Counted from the first letter of the stretch, positions 35,879-46,414 are shown. The stretch: DNA of 64,000 bases from Patescibacteria group bacterium (GCA_028714495.1 JAQTMH010000003.1:72496-136495), one strand, 5' to 3'. The notes: generated from the letters alone by a model not told the origin. Numbers and translations: made by a program.

Positions 35879-36790
35879 TTACACCCGTAAATGCCGCCCA
35901 ATCGCGATCATCGATGAGATTACGGCCAAAAGCAAGGCGATAATTATCTGCAAGGCGAAAATTTCCAAAAACCGATCGGAGAAATAAGTTACTAAATCAA
36001 GATTGTATCCTTCAAAAAAGTTGGTAACTTGAGGTGAAATTATTTTTAGCAGCGGGTAAAGAATCCCCAGCGACAAACCGGTGCTGATGACGGCGTAAAG
36101 AACGCTTTCGAGAATAAAGGGCCCGCGGATAAACCAATTGGTAGCGCCGACTAAGCGCATTATTCCAATCTCCTCGCGGTGGGTATAAATGGTGATTCTG
36201 ATGGTATTGAAAATCACCAAGATAGCGACAACCACGAAGACCAGGCTGAGCACCAAGGCGATTTCGTAAATCCGGTCAGTTATGTTGTTTAACCGGTTGA
36301 TAATCGTCTGATAATCCTCGATGTCTTTCTCATATATCTGCTCCGTGTAATTTGGATCGTTTAAAACGTTTAAGATGTCGTTATACTGTTCGAGGTTTTT
36401 TGACTGAATAATCAAGGTCCCGCCCAGGGGATTGTCTTTTAAAATTTCCAGGGTTTCCTGAATAACCGGGTCGTTTACGTGCTTGGCTTTGAATTCTTCC
36501 AACGCCTGATCTTTGGGAATGTAGCGTACGTCTTTTACGCTTGAGAGGGTTTCCAGCCGCGACTCGATGGCTTTTATTTCAGTCTCTGACACCTCAGGAT
36601 AAAAATAGACGCTTAGATCAACCTTTTCCTTCACTGATTTGATTGCCTGATCGCCGATGATGTTGATCGTTCCGACCAAACTGATCGAAAGCAGGGTTAA
36701 AACCATGATTAAAATAGTGGCCGCGGAAAGCCAGATATTCCGATAAAAGCTCTGAAAGGCGAATTTGAGTGCGCGGAAAAAAGAAATCAT
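35879..36790 (-). CDS. ftsX: Cell-division ABC transporter permease FtsX
   Basis: N-terminal TM, a periplasmic domain, a C-terminal 3-TM bundle. Directly downstream of ftsE. Confidence 0.8.
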   Translation of the reverse strand: MISFFRALKFAFQSFYRNIWLSAATILIMVLTLLSISLVGTINIIGDQAIKSVKEKVDLSVYFYPEVSETEIKAIESRLETLSSVKDVRYIPKDQALEEFKAKHVNDPVIQETLEILKDNPLGGTLIIQSKNLEQYNDILNVLNDPNYTEQIYEKDIEDYQTIINRLNNITDRIYEIALVLSLVFVVVAILVIFNTIRITIYTHREEIGIMRLVGATNWFIRGPFILESVLYAVISTGLSLGILYPLLKIISPQVTNFFEGYNLDLVTYFSDRFLEIFALQIIIALLLAVISSMIAIGRHLRV

Positions 36791-36807
36791 GTTTCTATAA
36801 TCTTAGG

Positions 36808-37488
36808 CTAAAGCAAATATTTCCCTTCCTCTTGATCAGAGATTATCTGTCCCTGATCAAGGGTGATGACCCGTTTGCGCAAGGCATTTACGATGTCATG
36901 ATTGTGCGTGACCAAAACTACCGTCGTGCCAAATTTATTTATCTTGAGAAGTAAATCGATAATTTCCTGGACATTGATTGAGTCAAGATTGCCGGTCGGC
37001 TCATCGGCGATAATGATCTTCGGCCGATGAACCAAGGCTCGGGCAATGACGACGCGTTGCTGTTGGCCTCCGGAAAGCTCATTGGGGAAACGATCAAGTT
37101 TATCCTCGAGATTTACGATTTTCAGAGCCTGCGGAACAATATTACGAATCTTTACCGGCTCGGCTCCAGCCACTTCGAGAGCAAAGGCCACGTTTTCGTA
37201 AACGGTTTTCTTTTTCAAAAGCTTAAAATCTTGGAAGACCACGCCGATTTGCCGTCTCAAGGTCGGTATTTCAGCCTGTTTAATATTGGTAATATCCCAG
37301 CCGCCGACGATAATGCTGCCTTTAGACACGTTTTCCTCGGCAATAATCAAGCGGGCCAGGGTGGTTTTGCCTGTGCCGGATTGACCGACAATCGAAACAA
37401 ACTCGCCCGGCTTAATACGCAAATTCACGTTTTTTAGCGCGGCGGTGTTTGGTTTATAGATCTTGCTGACGTTTTTAAAGCGGATCAT
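36808..37488 (-). CDS. ftsE: Cell-division ATP-binding protein FtsE
   Basis: GQSGTGKTTL, LSGGQQQRVVIARAL, IIIADEPTGNLD. Confidence 0.9.
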   Translation of the reverse strand: MIRFKNVSKIYKPNTAALKNVNLRIKPGEFVSIVGQSGTGKTTLARLIIAEENVSKGSIIVGGWDITNIKQAEIPTLRRQIGVVFQDFKLLKKKTVYENVAFALEVAGAEPVKIRNIVPQALKIVNLEDKLDRFPNELSGGQQQRVVIARALVHRPKIIIADEPTGNLDSINVQEIIDLLLKINKFGTTVVLVTHNHDIVNALRKRVITLDQGQIISDQEEGKYLL

Positions 37489-37494
37489 GGAATT

Positions 37495-38724
37495 TTAAAT
37501 GATTTTTTCAACCCTCACCCGAATCACCCCGGCTCGGCAATTACCAATATCGTTAAAAGCTTTTTTTGCCAGATCAATCACCCGACCACGAACAAACGGC
37601 CCTCGGGAAACTACTGTCACGATAACCGTTTTGCTATTTTCCAGATTGGTAACCCGCAAACGGGTGTCGAGGTTAAAATCGTTGCTAGCAGCGCCATAAG
37701 GTTTGCTACTACCATACCAGCTGGCCATCCCCTCTAGTGCTTGGACCTCTTCGCTTTCGAAAACCCCGACCATGGCGTATGGTAAATGGATAAAACCTTG
37801 TACTTGCTTCTGATCATAAAAGGTCTGGCCAGGCAGCTCGATCCAGCCAACCTTAACCGAATCCCAATAGCGGATAGTCTTTTTTCTCAAATTCGGCGAC
37901 TGGTAAGCCAGCCAGAGTGAAATCGGCCGTTTAAGCAACGAGTTATCCTCGGTCTTTAGTTGAAAGCGGAAAAGCGGTGAAACCAGCCGAAGATCATCCG
38001 GCACTGCCGCTGGCAAGCCGGGCGAATCCTCGAGAGTAATAATTGTCCGGCTGACTACCGCGTCCGGAGTCAGTTCTAATTGAAAAGACGCATCAGTAAA
38101 AGCAACCTTTGCGCCCTTAGCCGCGTCAGCAGCTAAATAATCAAATTTGGCCGGAGCGTGAACCGGATTCGGCTCTTCAAACACCGCGATCAGAGAGTAC
38201 GGCAAATAGCTTATTGCCTGAACATAATTTTGATCCCAGGCTACCCGGCTCGGCAAAGCCCGCCACTCACCGCTCAGTCTATTCCAAAAATAGATTTGCT
38301 TGTCTCTATAGTTATCAGACTCATAGGCCAGGGTCAGGGCTAAAGGCCGTGAAAATTCTAAAGGCGTTACGCCATTGGTAATGTCGTATTCAAAAATTTC
38401 GCTGACCAACGTTTTATCCTGAGGCAAGGTCACCTCCTCGGTTTCGAACTTCTTTAGTGTAACAACAACTTCTTGATCTAAGGCTCCTGGCATGATTCCC
38501 AGCCGGAATATTCCATCACTGGTTGAGGTTGTATAGCCGCGCTCGACGGTTATATTGTCCAGAGTGATCTCGTTTACCGTCTCCTGAGCTTGAACCGGAT
38601 TCCCTATTAAAAAAAACAAAAATACCGCAAAAGCAATATATAAACATTGACGAACACTAAATTTTTCGGCTATAATAGTCATTGTTACTACTCTCATTAA
38701 AGCGCCAAATTCGTTTCTTGTCAA
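37495..38724 (-). CDS. Membrane-anchored protein with a C-terminal RlpA-like double-psi beta-barrel domain
   Basis: ASWYGSSKPYGAASNDFNLDTRLRVTNLENSKTVIVTVVSRGPFVRGRVIDLAKKAF... Signal or TM at the N-terminus. Confidence 0.6.
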   Translation of the reverse strand: MTRNEFGALMRVVTMTIIAEKFSVRQCLYIAFAVFLFFLIGNPVQAQETVNEITLDNITVERGYTTSTSDGIFRLGIMPGALDQEVVVTLKKFETEEVTLPQDKTLVSEIFEYDITNGVTPLEFSRPLALTLAYESDNYRDKQIYFWNRLSGEWRALPSRVAWDQNYVQAISYLPYSLIAVFEEPNPVHAPAKFDYLAADAAKGAKVAFTDASFQLELTPDAVVSRTIITLEDSPGLPAAVPDDLRLVSPLFRFQLKTEDNSLLKRPISLWLAYQSPNLRKKTIRYWDSVKVGWIELPGQTFYDQKQVQGFIHLPYAMVGVFESEEVQALEGMASWYGSSKPYGAASNDFNLDTRLRVTNLENSKTVIVTVVSRGPFVRGRVIDLAKKAFNDIGNCRAGVIRVRVEKII

Positions 38725-38729
38725 TTTAA

Positions 38730-38805
38730 GCGGGAATAGTTCAGTTGGTAGAACGTCTCCTTCCCAAGGAGAAGGTCGCGGGTTCGAGTCCCGTTTCCCG
38801 CTCCA
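38730..38805 (+). tRNA. tRNA-Gly (anticodon CCC), CCA encoded
   Basis: GCGGGAAUAGUUCAGUUGGUAGAACGUCUCCUUCCCAAGGAGAAGGUCGCGGGUUCGAGUCCCGUUUCCCGCUCCA. U73. Confidence 0.9.
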
Positions 38806-38866
38806 CCTGATACTGCGGAGAAAGTCGCCTCGCCACTCGCGAGCGGCGGGGTTACCCGCTCCTATC

Positions 38867-39265
38867 CTAGAGATATCCCTGAATCTTTTGAACGAGCGCC
38901 GCGGGTGAAAATTCAGCCTTGAGTAGATAATCCGTCACTCCCAATTCTTCAGAAGTAGTTCGATCCTCATGAGTGTCAATATTGCTGAAAACGACTACCG
39001 GCAATTCCCTAGTTTCAGGCAAATGCCTAAGTTCGCGCAACAAGTCAAAACCGACCCGACGATCATAAGCTACCATTTCGCCCTCTCGTTCAGGGATTAT
39101 CAAATCCAGAAGAATTATTTGAGGACGCTTCTCCATGGCTAATCGCCAGCCCTCTTCCTTGGTCCGAGCGGTTAAGAGATTAAAGGGCGAGTGGCGCTGA
39201 AAGGCTTTCCGATAGATCTCAACTATCTGCGGCTCGTCTTCAATGAGAAGAATTGTTTGAGTCAT
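38867..39265 (-). CDS. Standalone response-regulator receiver (CheY-like) protein
   Basis: ILLIEDEP...IILLDLIIPEREG...DYLLK. 132 aa. Confidence 0.75.
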   Translation of the reverse strand: MTQTILLIEDEPQIVEIYRKAFQRHSPFNLLTARTKEEGWRLAMEKRPQIILLDLIIPEREGEMVAYDRRVGFDLLRELRHLPETRELPVVVFSNIDTHEDRTTSEELGVTDYLLKAEFSPAALVQKIQGYL

Positions 39266-40049
39266 GGCTCTTGGTTAGAATAAAGGTTAAGATCTTTTTA
39301 AAAATCATTTCCTTGTCAAGGCCCTGGTCGTAACTGTGTCTCGAATTATCAGCCCAAACAAGTTCCTTTTCACCCGAGCCGATTGTCTGGTGAATAAACC
39401 GCGCGCTCGTCGGCTTAACGACTGCATCGAGACGTGATTGAATAATCATGATCGGCTGTCGGACCAGCTTGATGCTCTGGCGGGTTTTCACGACTAAGCG
39501 GTACATCCGTTGAAGCGCCCGCAGAGGTATTACGGTATATTTGCCGCGTCTCTCGTAATCAGCGCGCTTCTCTGGCTTGACCCAAGGCTTCTTGATACTT
39601 TTAAACATTAGGCTGGCCATCGGATTGATGAAACGATGGAAATATTCCTGAGGAAAAAACATCGGGGTGTTGACGGTGACTATTCCTTGCGGCTTGACTA
39701 GGTTTAAACTTGAGGCTTCAAGAGCTAAATTTCCTCCGAATGAAAATCCGACAATGAAATTTGATTGACACCATTTTTCCAAGTGATTCATGCCCTGAAC
39801 GACGCTGTTCAGCCAGTCTTCCGCTGTCATCCGATTCAGATCATCCGGGCTGGTAACGTGCCCGGGCAGCCGCCAGCCGGCCACGGTAAAGCCATGCCCA
39901 GCCAAATATTCACCCAATTCTCTCATATCGGCTGGACTTCCGCTGAAACCATGGAGCAAAAGCACGCCGACTTCTGACTTCTGACCTTGAAAAAAGAATG
40001 CCCGAGATAAATTTTTATCGGTCATCTGGCTTTTTTCCATCTTCTCCAA
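39240..40049 (-). CDS. Alpha/beta-hydrolase-fold esterase or lipase
   Basis: VLLLHGFSGSP...VGFSFGGNLA (GxSxG). 269 aa. Confidence 0.7.
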   Translation of the reverse strand: MEKMEKSQMTDKNLSRAFFFQGQKSEVGVLLLHGFSGSPADMRELGEYLAGHGFTVAGWRLPGHVTSPDDLNRMTAEDWLNSVVQGMNHLEKWCQSNFIVGFSFGGNLALEASSLNLVKPQGIVTVNTPMFFPQEYFHRFINPMASLMFKSIKKPWVKPEKRADYERRGKYTVIPLRALQRMYRLVVKTRQSIKLVRQPIMIIQSRLDAVVKPTSARFIHQTIGSGEKELVWADNSRHSYDQGLDKEMIFKKILTFILTKSHDSNNSSH

Positions 40050-40084
40050 ACAGTAAAATCATCCAATCTGGCCATTTTTTGCCG

Positions 40085-40160
40085 GCCGACCTAGCTCAAT
40101 TGGTAGAGCAACGGTATCGTAAACCGTAGGTTGTGGGTTCGATTCCCACGGTCGGCTCCA
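40085..40160 (+). tRNA. tRNA-Thr (anticodon CGU), CCA encoded
   Basis: GCCGACCUAGCUCAAUUGGUAGAGCAACGGUAUCGUAAACCGUAGGUUGUGGGUUCGAUUCCCACGGUCGGCUCCA. Confidence 0.9.
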
Positions 40161-40189
40161 AAAGACAACCAGATATAAACTTCGTCCGC

Positions 40190-40222
40190 TAAAAACACCC
40201 CAGCGTACTACCGGGGTGTTTT
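40190..40222. terminator. Bidirectional terminator hairpin
   Basis: aacaccccag-cgtacta-ccggggtgtt flanked by T-runs on both strands. Confidence 0.5.
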
Positions 40223-40228
40223 TATTAT

Positions 40229-41437
40229 CTAGATGATGAAATTAAATACTCTGACTATATCCAATTTATTATCCAACCAAGAATCGAGATCTACCCGGAC
40301 TAAGATGTGTCGAACGTGAATAACTTCTTCTCCATTGCTGCTGGTGTCCTCTGAATCAACACCCTTAATTTTTTCATCAACCTTAATGATATGATAACCG
40401 TAACGGGTATGGACAATCTCGCTGACTTTCCCTTCCTCCAGACTAAAGGCGGCGTCAGCGAACACCTGATCCAGGTCAGTCCGGCTGACAAAGCCGAGGT
40501 CTCCGCCTTCGCCCGTTGCTTGATCTTCATTGTATTGGTCAGCTACCTCTTCAAAAGTCTTATTCTCTTTGGTTATCTTAGCATAGGCTTCTTCGATTTT
40601 CTGTTTGGCCGCTTGATTGTAGTTTAGGCTATCGTCGAACGACAGTTTTTCCTGCATCTTCTCACGAAATATGTAGGTTTTCAAAATACTGCTAGTGAAA
40701 TCACTGATTGTCCAGTTATACAATTCTTGCAACGACTGCTCCAATAATTCGCGGCTGCCCGTACTGACGATAACCTTGTCCAGCTCTTGCTGAAGTTCTT
40801 CGTCCGTCACGGATATTTTCATCGCCTTGGCTTGCTGTTTCAAGACTGATTCTTTAATCAGCTTGTTTATTATCATCGATCTCAGATCATCTTCTCCTGG
40901 AATATCGACAACTTCCGGATTCATCTCATTTTGTTTTTGATAATAATTTTTCAGGGCGGCCAGATCTTTGTTGAAACTTTCATAAGAAACCGCTTGATAA
41001 TTGACAATCGCCGCCGGAAACGGCAAGGCTTTGACTATCTTTTGGGTAATCTTGTCGTGCCATTTCAATTGGTACAGACCGAAGCTGAACACGCCTACGG
41101 CCAAGATAAAAATAATGATCACCGCCAATACGACCAGCCCGATTTTTTGGCCCACCTTGGTTCCGCCGGTTGATTTAGCCTTAGTTTTCGACTTGGGTTT
41201 GGGTTTATCAGAGACAGACGAGACTGGTTTGCCCTGCTCGCTGTCTTCTTTAATAATATTAAGGATTTCCCGACGCGCCTCGGCCGTTTCCTTTTCTTCC
41301 GAGGGTTGGTCTTGGGCCAGGGCTGGCTTTGGAACGATTTTCGACTCGTCTTTAGCCTCTGTTTTTATCTCGCCTTTTTTAACTGTTTTCTGACCATTCG
41401 TCTTTTTCGGAATGGACTTAGAACTTGCTTTGGGCAT
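40229..41437 (-). CDS. PpiC/parvulin-type peptidyl-prolyl isomerase (PrsA/SurA-like) with an N-terminal K-rich disordered region and a TM anchor
   Basis: C-terminal GEGGDLGFVSRTDLDQVFADAAFSLEEGKVSEIVHTRYGYHIIKV. Confidence 0.7.
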   Translation of the reverse strand: MPKASSKSIPKKTNGQKTVKKGEIKTEAKDESKIVPKPALAQDQPSEEKETAEARREILNIIKEDSEQGKPVSSVSDKPKPKSKTKAKSTGGTKVGQKIGLVVLAVIIIFILAVGVFSFGLYQLKWHDKITQKIVKALPFPAAIVNYQAVSYESFNKDLAALKNYYQKQNEMNPEVVDIPGEDDLRSMIINKLIKESVLKQQAKAMKISVTDEELQQELDKVIVSTGSRELLEQSLQELYNWTISDFTSSILKTYIFREKMQEKLSFDDSLNYNQAAKQKIEEAYAKITKENKTFEEVADQYNEDQATGEGGDLGFVSRTDLDQVFADAAFSLEEGKVSEIVHTRYGYHIIKVDEKIKGVDSEDTSSNGEEVIHVRHILVRVDLDSWLDNKLDIVRVFNFII

Positions 41438-41453
41438 AATTTATCTATTTAAT

Positions 41454-41861
41454 TTATCGTTTTGCGAAAAAATATTTCCACCATTTGGAGGGCAACCGGG
41501 TATCTTGAGCTGAAGCATCGTCAGCATCATCAGTCCCGGTCTCATTTTGATTGGTCTGGACCTGTGGAATGTTAAGCGCCGACTCCCCCTCCCTTTGAAG
41601 CCCCAGCTTCAACCGAGCCTCTCGTTCTTTGAAGTAATCCGACTGAAAGTAGGCGATCAAACCGGACAATTCGGCCTTGCGCGCTTTTAGCGTTTCAACC
41701 TCGGATCCCAGTTTATCAATTTCCCGCTTGACTTCCCAGCGCCGGATAATTTCTTTCGTCAGGGCCACGGAAAATAAGACAATCACCGCCACTTCAAACA
41801 AAAGCAGCCAGCGGGAGGAAAATATTCTTCTCCAAATACCTGTTTGTTTCTTCACACTCAT
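41454..41861 (-). CDS. FtsB/DivIC-like septum-formation initiator (TM followed by a coiled coil)
   Basis: Single TM, then EIDKLGSEVETLKARKAELSGLIAYFQSDYFKEREARLKLG. Confidence 0.5.
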   Translation of the reverse strand: MSVKKQTGIWRRIFSSRWLLLFEVAVIVLFSVALTKEIIRRWEVKREIDKLGSEVETLKARKAELSGLIAYFQSDYFKEREARLKLGLQREGESALNIPQVQTNQNETGTDDADDASAQDTRLPSKWWKYFFAKR

Positions 41862-41906
41862 GGGAGAATTATAACAAAGAAGGAAATACTTGACAAGCCG
41901 CGGCCA

Positions 41907-42530
41907 CTATTTTGATTTCTTTCTTGTTTGGCCAGATGACCGCTCCATCAGCTCTTTAAATTTTTCTTCTCCCAGACCTTCTTTTATTCTAGTCACTAAA
42001 TCGACTAAATCTTTGGCGGTCAGGTCTTGAGGCTGTTTAACTATTTCTGTCTGCAGGCGGATAATCACGTCCTGAATCTTTTTTGGATTAGCGATGCTTT
42101 TAATCTCGAGATTGGCTTGCGTCCCGGCTGTTTGAATCTCGAGATCGCCATAATTAAACAAGGTCGGCATAAAACCATTAATCTTGAAACTGACGTCCTG
42201 TATCTTATCGTAAGTCGTTTCAGAAACAACGCGGTTAAAAAGGCCCTTTTGGTCGAAATCGATGAGTCTTTGTTTGGTAATGACCAGGGCGTTCAAAAAA
42301 TAAATCACTGACTGCCTAAAGAAATAAAGCAGTCCGAAAAAGATTAGCATGATGAAAATAAATACCCCCCACCGGCCCAGGCGAAATAGCGGATAGAGAA
42401 AAAAGAACGCGCTGAATACTATCACCAGAGATAAAATCAGATGGGGCGCGAAAGTCAGATTATAGCGTCGGACGATCAAGATCGCCTCTTCCCCTTCTTT
42501 CAAATGTTTGCTAAAATAATTCTCGAACAT
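41907..42530 (-). CDS. Membrane protein with a bacterial PH domain (bPH_2 / DUF304, YdbT-like)
   Basis: Two TM helices followed by a PH-like domain. Confidence 0.5.
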   Translation of the reverse strand: MFENYFSKHLKEGEEAILIVRRYNLTFAPHLILSLVIVFSAFFFLYPLFRLGRWGVFIFIMLIFFGLLYFFRQSVIYFLNALVITKQRLIDFDQKGLFNRVVSETTYDKIQDVSFKINGFMPTLFNYGDLEIQTAGTQANLEIKSIANPKKIQDVIIRLQTEIVKQPQDLTAKDLVDLVTRIKEGLGEEKFKELMERSSGQTRKKSK

Positions 42531-42661
42531 AACTTAATCTATATGTTGGTCAAAAAACATCGTCGTAACATCAGAATTATCTGGTTGGTGATAACGATCC
42601 TTGGCGTATTTGCCATGGTGTTTTTCACGATAATGCCCGCGTTTCGCTAGCCTGATTAGAA

Positions 42662-44467
42662 CTATTTTCGCCTCAAAAGGGACAGAAAGGCGCCTGGTGG
42701 AATATCGACTCGGCCCGTTTCTTTCATGCGTTTCTTGCCCTTTTTTTGTTTATCCAGAAGCTTTCTTTTTCGCGTTACGTCCCCGCCATAGAGCTTGGCT
42801 GTGACATCCTTGCGCAACGGAGCCAGGCGGCTCGCGGCGATTATCTTGCCGGATATCGCTGCCTGGATCTTCACTTCAAAGAGTTGTTTGGGTAAAACCT
42901 TCTTTAGATTTTCGACTGCCAAACGGCCCTGGGCGTAGGCTTCAGACTCGCGTACAATCGTAGTCAGCGGTTCGACAACCTCGCCAGCCACTAGAATGTC
43001 CAGTTTTATCAGATCAGCCGGCCGGTAGTCGAAAAATTCGTAGTTCATTGAGGCATAGCCCCGCGTGGCACTTTTCAGTCTATCATAAAAATCCAATATA
43101 ACGCTAGCCAACGGCACTTGGCTGTGAACTACCACCCGCTCTGGATCAAGGTATTCCATCACCTTGTATTCACCGTGGCTTGATTGTATCAGCTTCAATA
43201 TCGGACCAATATAAGCTGACGGGCTGACAATGTCCAGCTTAAGCCAAGGCTCCTCGATCGACTCGATTTCCGCCGGCTCAGGCAATTCCTGCGGGCTGCG
43301 GACCGAAATCATCTCAGCCAGATATCTCTTTTTCACCCGATAGGCAACGGTCGGGGCCATGACCACCAAATCAATCCCGTATTCCCGCTGAAGCCGTTCC
43401 TGGACAATTTCCAAATGCAACAAACCCAAGAAGCCTGCCCGGAAACCAAAACCCAGGGCTGGAAAATTTTCCGGTTCAAAAACAAAAGCGGCGTCATTCA
43501 GCTTTAGCTTTTCAACTGCCTCGCGCAGCTTGGAGTATTCAGCTCCGTCCTTTGAATACAAACCGGCGAACACCATCGGCTTAACCTTTTTATATCCAGG
43601 CAAGGGCTCTGGGTACGGCAGGGCCGCTCGTACAATGGTGTCGCCCACGTGGCACTGAGACACTTCTTTTAAGCTGGTTACGATATAGCCGATCTGACCA
43701 GCGTTTAAAAAGTCCCGTTTCTCAAGCGTAGGTTTAAATATACCCACCTCAAGCACTTCAGCTTCTCGGCCAGTCTGGAGAAATCTGATTTTATCGCCAG
43801 CTTTTATTTCTCCCGCGAACAATCGGATGTAGGCCACCACCCCGCGATACTCGTCATAGATTGAATCAAAGATGAGGGAGCAAGGGCTGTCACTCTTGGC
43901 TTGACGCGGCGCTGGAATAGTTTTTATCACCCGTTCAAGAATTAGATCGACGTTTTTGCCTGTCTTGGCTGAAACCGGAATTATATCATTTGGTTCAACT
44001 CCCAAAAGCTTTACCAAATCAGCTGACACCTTGGCCACGTCAGCATTGGGCAAATCTATTTTATTGATGACTGGAATAATCTCCAAATCCTGCTCTAGCG
44101 CCAAATACAGATGCGAAAGGGTTTGGGCCTCAATACCCTGGCTGGCGTCCACCAGGAGAATCGCGCCCTCGACCGCGGCGAGAGTGCGGGATACCTCATA
44201 GGAAAAATCTACGTGGCCCGGCGTATCAATCAAATTCAAAAAATATTCACGGGAATCCTTGGCCCGGTAGCGCATATGCACGGGCTGTAGTTTAATCGTT
44301 ATGCCACGCTCCCGCTCGAGATCCATCTGGTCCAGGAGCTGGTTTTTCATCTCTCGTTTCGATACCGTACCCGTCAGTTCAAGAAAACGATCGGCCAGGG
44401 TTGATTTCCCGTGGTCAATATGAGCAATGACGCAAAAATTTCTTATCGCCTCAAGAGGAATTTTCAT
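42662..44467 (-). CDS. lepA: Elongation factor 4 (LepA)
   Basis: NFCVIAHIDHGKSTLADR, DTPGHVDF, and the LepA-specific C-terminal domain. 601 aa. Confidence 0.95.
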   Translation of the reverse strand: MKIPLEAIRNFCVIAHIDHGKSTLADRFLELTGTVSKREMKNQLLDQMDLERERGITIKLQPVHMRYRAKDSREYFLNLIDTPGHVDFSYEVSRTLAAVEGAILLVDASQGIEAQTLSHLYLALEQDLEIIPVINKIDLPNADVAKVSADLVKLLGVEPNDIIPVSAKTGKNVDLILERVIKTIPAPRQAKSDSPCSLIFDSIYDEYRGVVAYIRLFAGEIKAGDKIRFLQTGREAEVLEVGIFKPTLEKRDFLNAGQIGYIVTSLKEVSQCHVGDTIVRAALPYPEPLPGYKKVKPMVFAGLYSKDGAEYSKLREAVEKLKLNDAAFVFEPENFPALGFGFRAGFLGLLHLEIVQERLQREYGIDLVVMAPTVAYRVKKRYLAEMISVRSPQELPEPAEIESIEEPWLKLDIVSPSAYIGPILKLIQSSHGEYKVMEYLDPERVVVHSQVPLASVILDFYDRLKSATRGYASMNYEFFDYRPADLIKLDILVAGEVVEPLTTIVRESEAYAQGRLAVENLKKVLPKQLFEVKIQAAISGKIIAASRLAPLRKDVTAKLYGGDVTRKRKLLDKQKKGKKRMKETGRVDIPPGAFLSLLRRK

Positions 44468-46082
44468 TTTTCTTTTGACCTAAGCTGCCAAATAGCTGGA
44501 TCCTGGCCTTGATTAACCAATGCCTGATAATTTCGATTTCCTCGCACTGTAAAATAATGGCGACCACTAAATATACAAAAGCGCCGATTCCGACGGCCGC
44601 GAGTGTCTGCGTCAAAACGCCATAGAAAGTCTGCATATCCACTAATGGGGCGATAAAATATTTCATCCGCTGGATGACAAAGCCCATCGCCGTTGAACAA
44701 ACCAATATCTTGAAAGTCGAGCGAATTATCAGGCTGTCGTCCAGATCGCCGACCGCCACCCGGAGCGTGACCAGCAGCAAGAGCATATTGACGATACTGC
44801 TGATCGAAAAGGCGAAGGCGAGACCGGAAATCCCCCAGGAGCGGCTCAATAAAATCCCCAGGACAATATTGAGGACCATGGCGATCATACTGATGATTAC
44901 CGGGGTTTTGGTATTCTGAAAAGCGTAAAAAGACCGGGCCAGCACCGGAATCAAGCTTTGGGCGAATAGCGACAAGGAAAAAATTCCCAGGGTCTGAGCC
45001 GTGAAAATCGTATCCGTCCAGTTAAATTCACCCGCCCCTAAAATTAAACGGACGATCTGAGCTCGCAGGATTAATATCACCACTGAAACTGGAATTATCA
45101 AAAACAGGACGCGGCGAAAAGTCTGGGAAAAATGATAGACAAATCCTGGCCGGTCCTGCTCGGCAAAAGCTTTGCTAAAAACCGGAAAAGACGAAATCGC
45201 CAAAGACACCCCGAAAACGCTGATCGGAAAGCTCTGCAGATTATTGGCAAGATTGAAAATGGCCACGCTCCCCGATCTCAGGGTTGAAGCAATCACATTA
45301 ATCACCACCTGGTTCAATTGGACCACGCCCAAGCCCAAAGCCCGCGGCACCATCAGTTTGCCGATTTTTCTCACGCCGGCATGAGCTGTATCGAAAATCC
45401 ACTGATAGCGATAACCAGTGCGCCTAACCGCCGGCAGCTGGACAAGCAGATGAAGCAATGACCCAAAAACCACGCCCAGCGCCAAACCCCGTACTCCCCA
45501 GGCTGGGACAAGAACGTAAATACCAAAAATAATTCCCAGGTTGTACATAATCGGGGCCAGCGAATAGGCAAAAAACCTGCGGAAGGAATTCAAAACTCCG
45601 CTCATTACATTGCTGATACCGAAAAACACTATGCTGATCAGCATCAGCCGGGTCAGGTTAACGGTATCAGCCTGCTTAGCCGCCGAAAAACCCGGAGCGA
45701 TTATTCTCATTAAAAACGGCGCCAAGATAAACATTATCGCCCCTAATATAACTAAACCTACCACGATCAGGTTCAGGACCGAGTTGGTAATCCTCCAGGC
45801 CACGCATTCAGCTTCTGGTTTTTCCTTCTCCCGGTACCAATATTCCAAAAAAATCGGGATGAACGAGGAGGAAAGGGCGCCTAAAACCAGGATATTAAAA
45901 ATAAAATCAGGCAGGCGAAATGCCGCGTAATAAACATCCAGGGTGTCGCCGGCTCCGAAGCTCGACGCCAAAAGCCGATCCCGCAATAAGCCTACGAGCC
46001 GGCTTAAAACCGAGGCCGCGCCTACGACAATCGCGCCGCCGACAATGGTTGTTTCAAGCTTCTGGAATAACTTTTTTAGCAT
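44451..46082 (-). CDS. murJ: Lipid II flippase MurJ (MviN, MOP superfamily)
   Basis: ...VLSRLVGLLRDRLLASSFGAGDTLDVYYAAFRLPDF... 14 TM. 543 aa. Confidence 0.85.
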   Translation of the reverse strand: MLKKLFQKLETTIVGGAIVVGAASVLSRLVGLLRDRLLASSFGAGDTLDVYYAAFRLPDFIFNILVLGALSSSFIPIFLEYWYREKEKPEAECVAWRITNSVLNLIVVGLVILGAIMFILAPFLMRIIAPGFSAAKQADTVNLTRLMLISIVFFGISNVMSGVLNSFRRFFAYSLAPIMYNLGIIFGIYVLVPAWGVRGLALGVVFGSLLHLLVQLPAVRRTGYRYQWIFDTAHAGVRKIGKLMVPRALGLGVVQLNQVVINVIASTLRSGSVAIFNLANNLQSFPISVFGVSLAISSFPVFSKAFAEQDRPGFVYHFSQTFRRVLFLIIPVSVVILILRAQIVRLILGAGEFNWTDTIFTAQTLGIFSLSLFAQSLIPVLARSFYAFQNTKTPVIISMIAMVLNIVLGILLSRSWGISGLAFAFSISSIVNMLLLLVTLRVAVGDLDDSLIIRSTFKILVCSTAMGFVIQRMKYFIAPLVDMQTFYGVLTQTLAAVGIGAFVYLVVAIILQCEEIEIIRHWLIKARIQLFGSLGQKKNENSS

Positions 46083-46380
46083 ATAATCAGTCCAATTCTA
46101 CCACCTTTTACCCTATCTATCAATAAAAACACTAGTCCCGTTGAAATTAGGTGACTAGCTTATTTCTGCCGAATTGAGAGGAGAATGTTTTTTACAAACT
46201 GCCAATCTTGAAATCCTGAGAAGAGAGTTTGTGCCGCCAAAAATGGAGGCAAGGATTCCACAATAACAATTTGTGACAATGCTTCCCTCGGATTCGGCAG
46301 GAATTAACCAATCACGGATGTGTATAACTTTCGGGTTTCAATTATGTATTATACTCCTCGTTAAATATTTGTGAAGAACA

Positions 46381-46414
46381 AAACGTAGGTGAACAAGCGC
46401 TTGTTCACCTACGT
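46381..46414. repeat. Perfect 34-bp palindrome AACGTAGGTGAACAAGC|GCTTGTTCACCTACGTT
   Basis: Read directly. Two 17-nt half-sites with no spacer. Confidence 0.9.
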
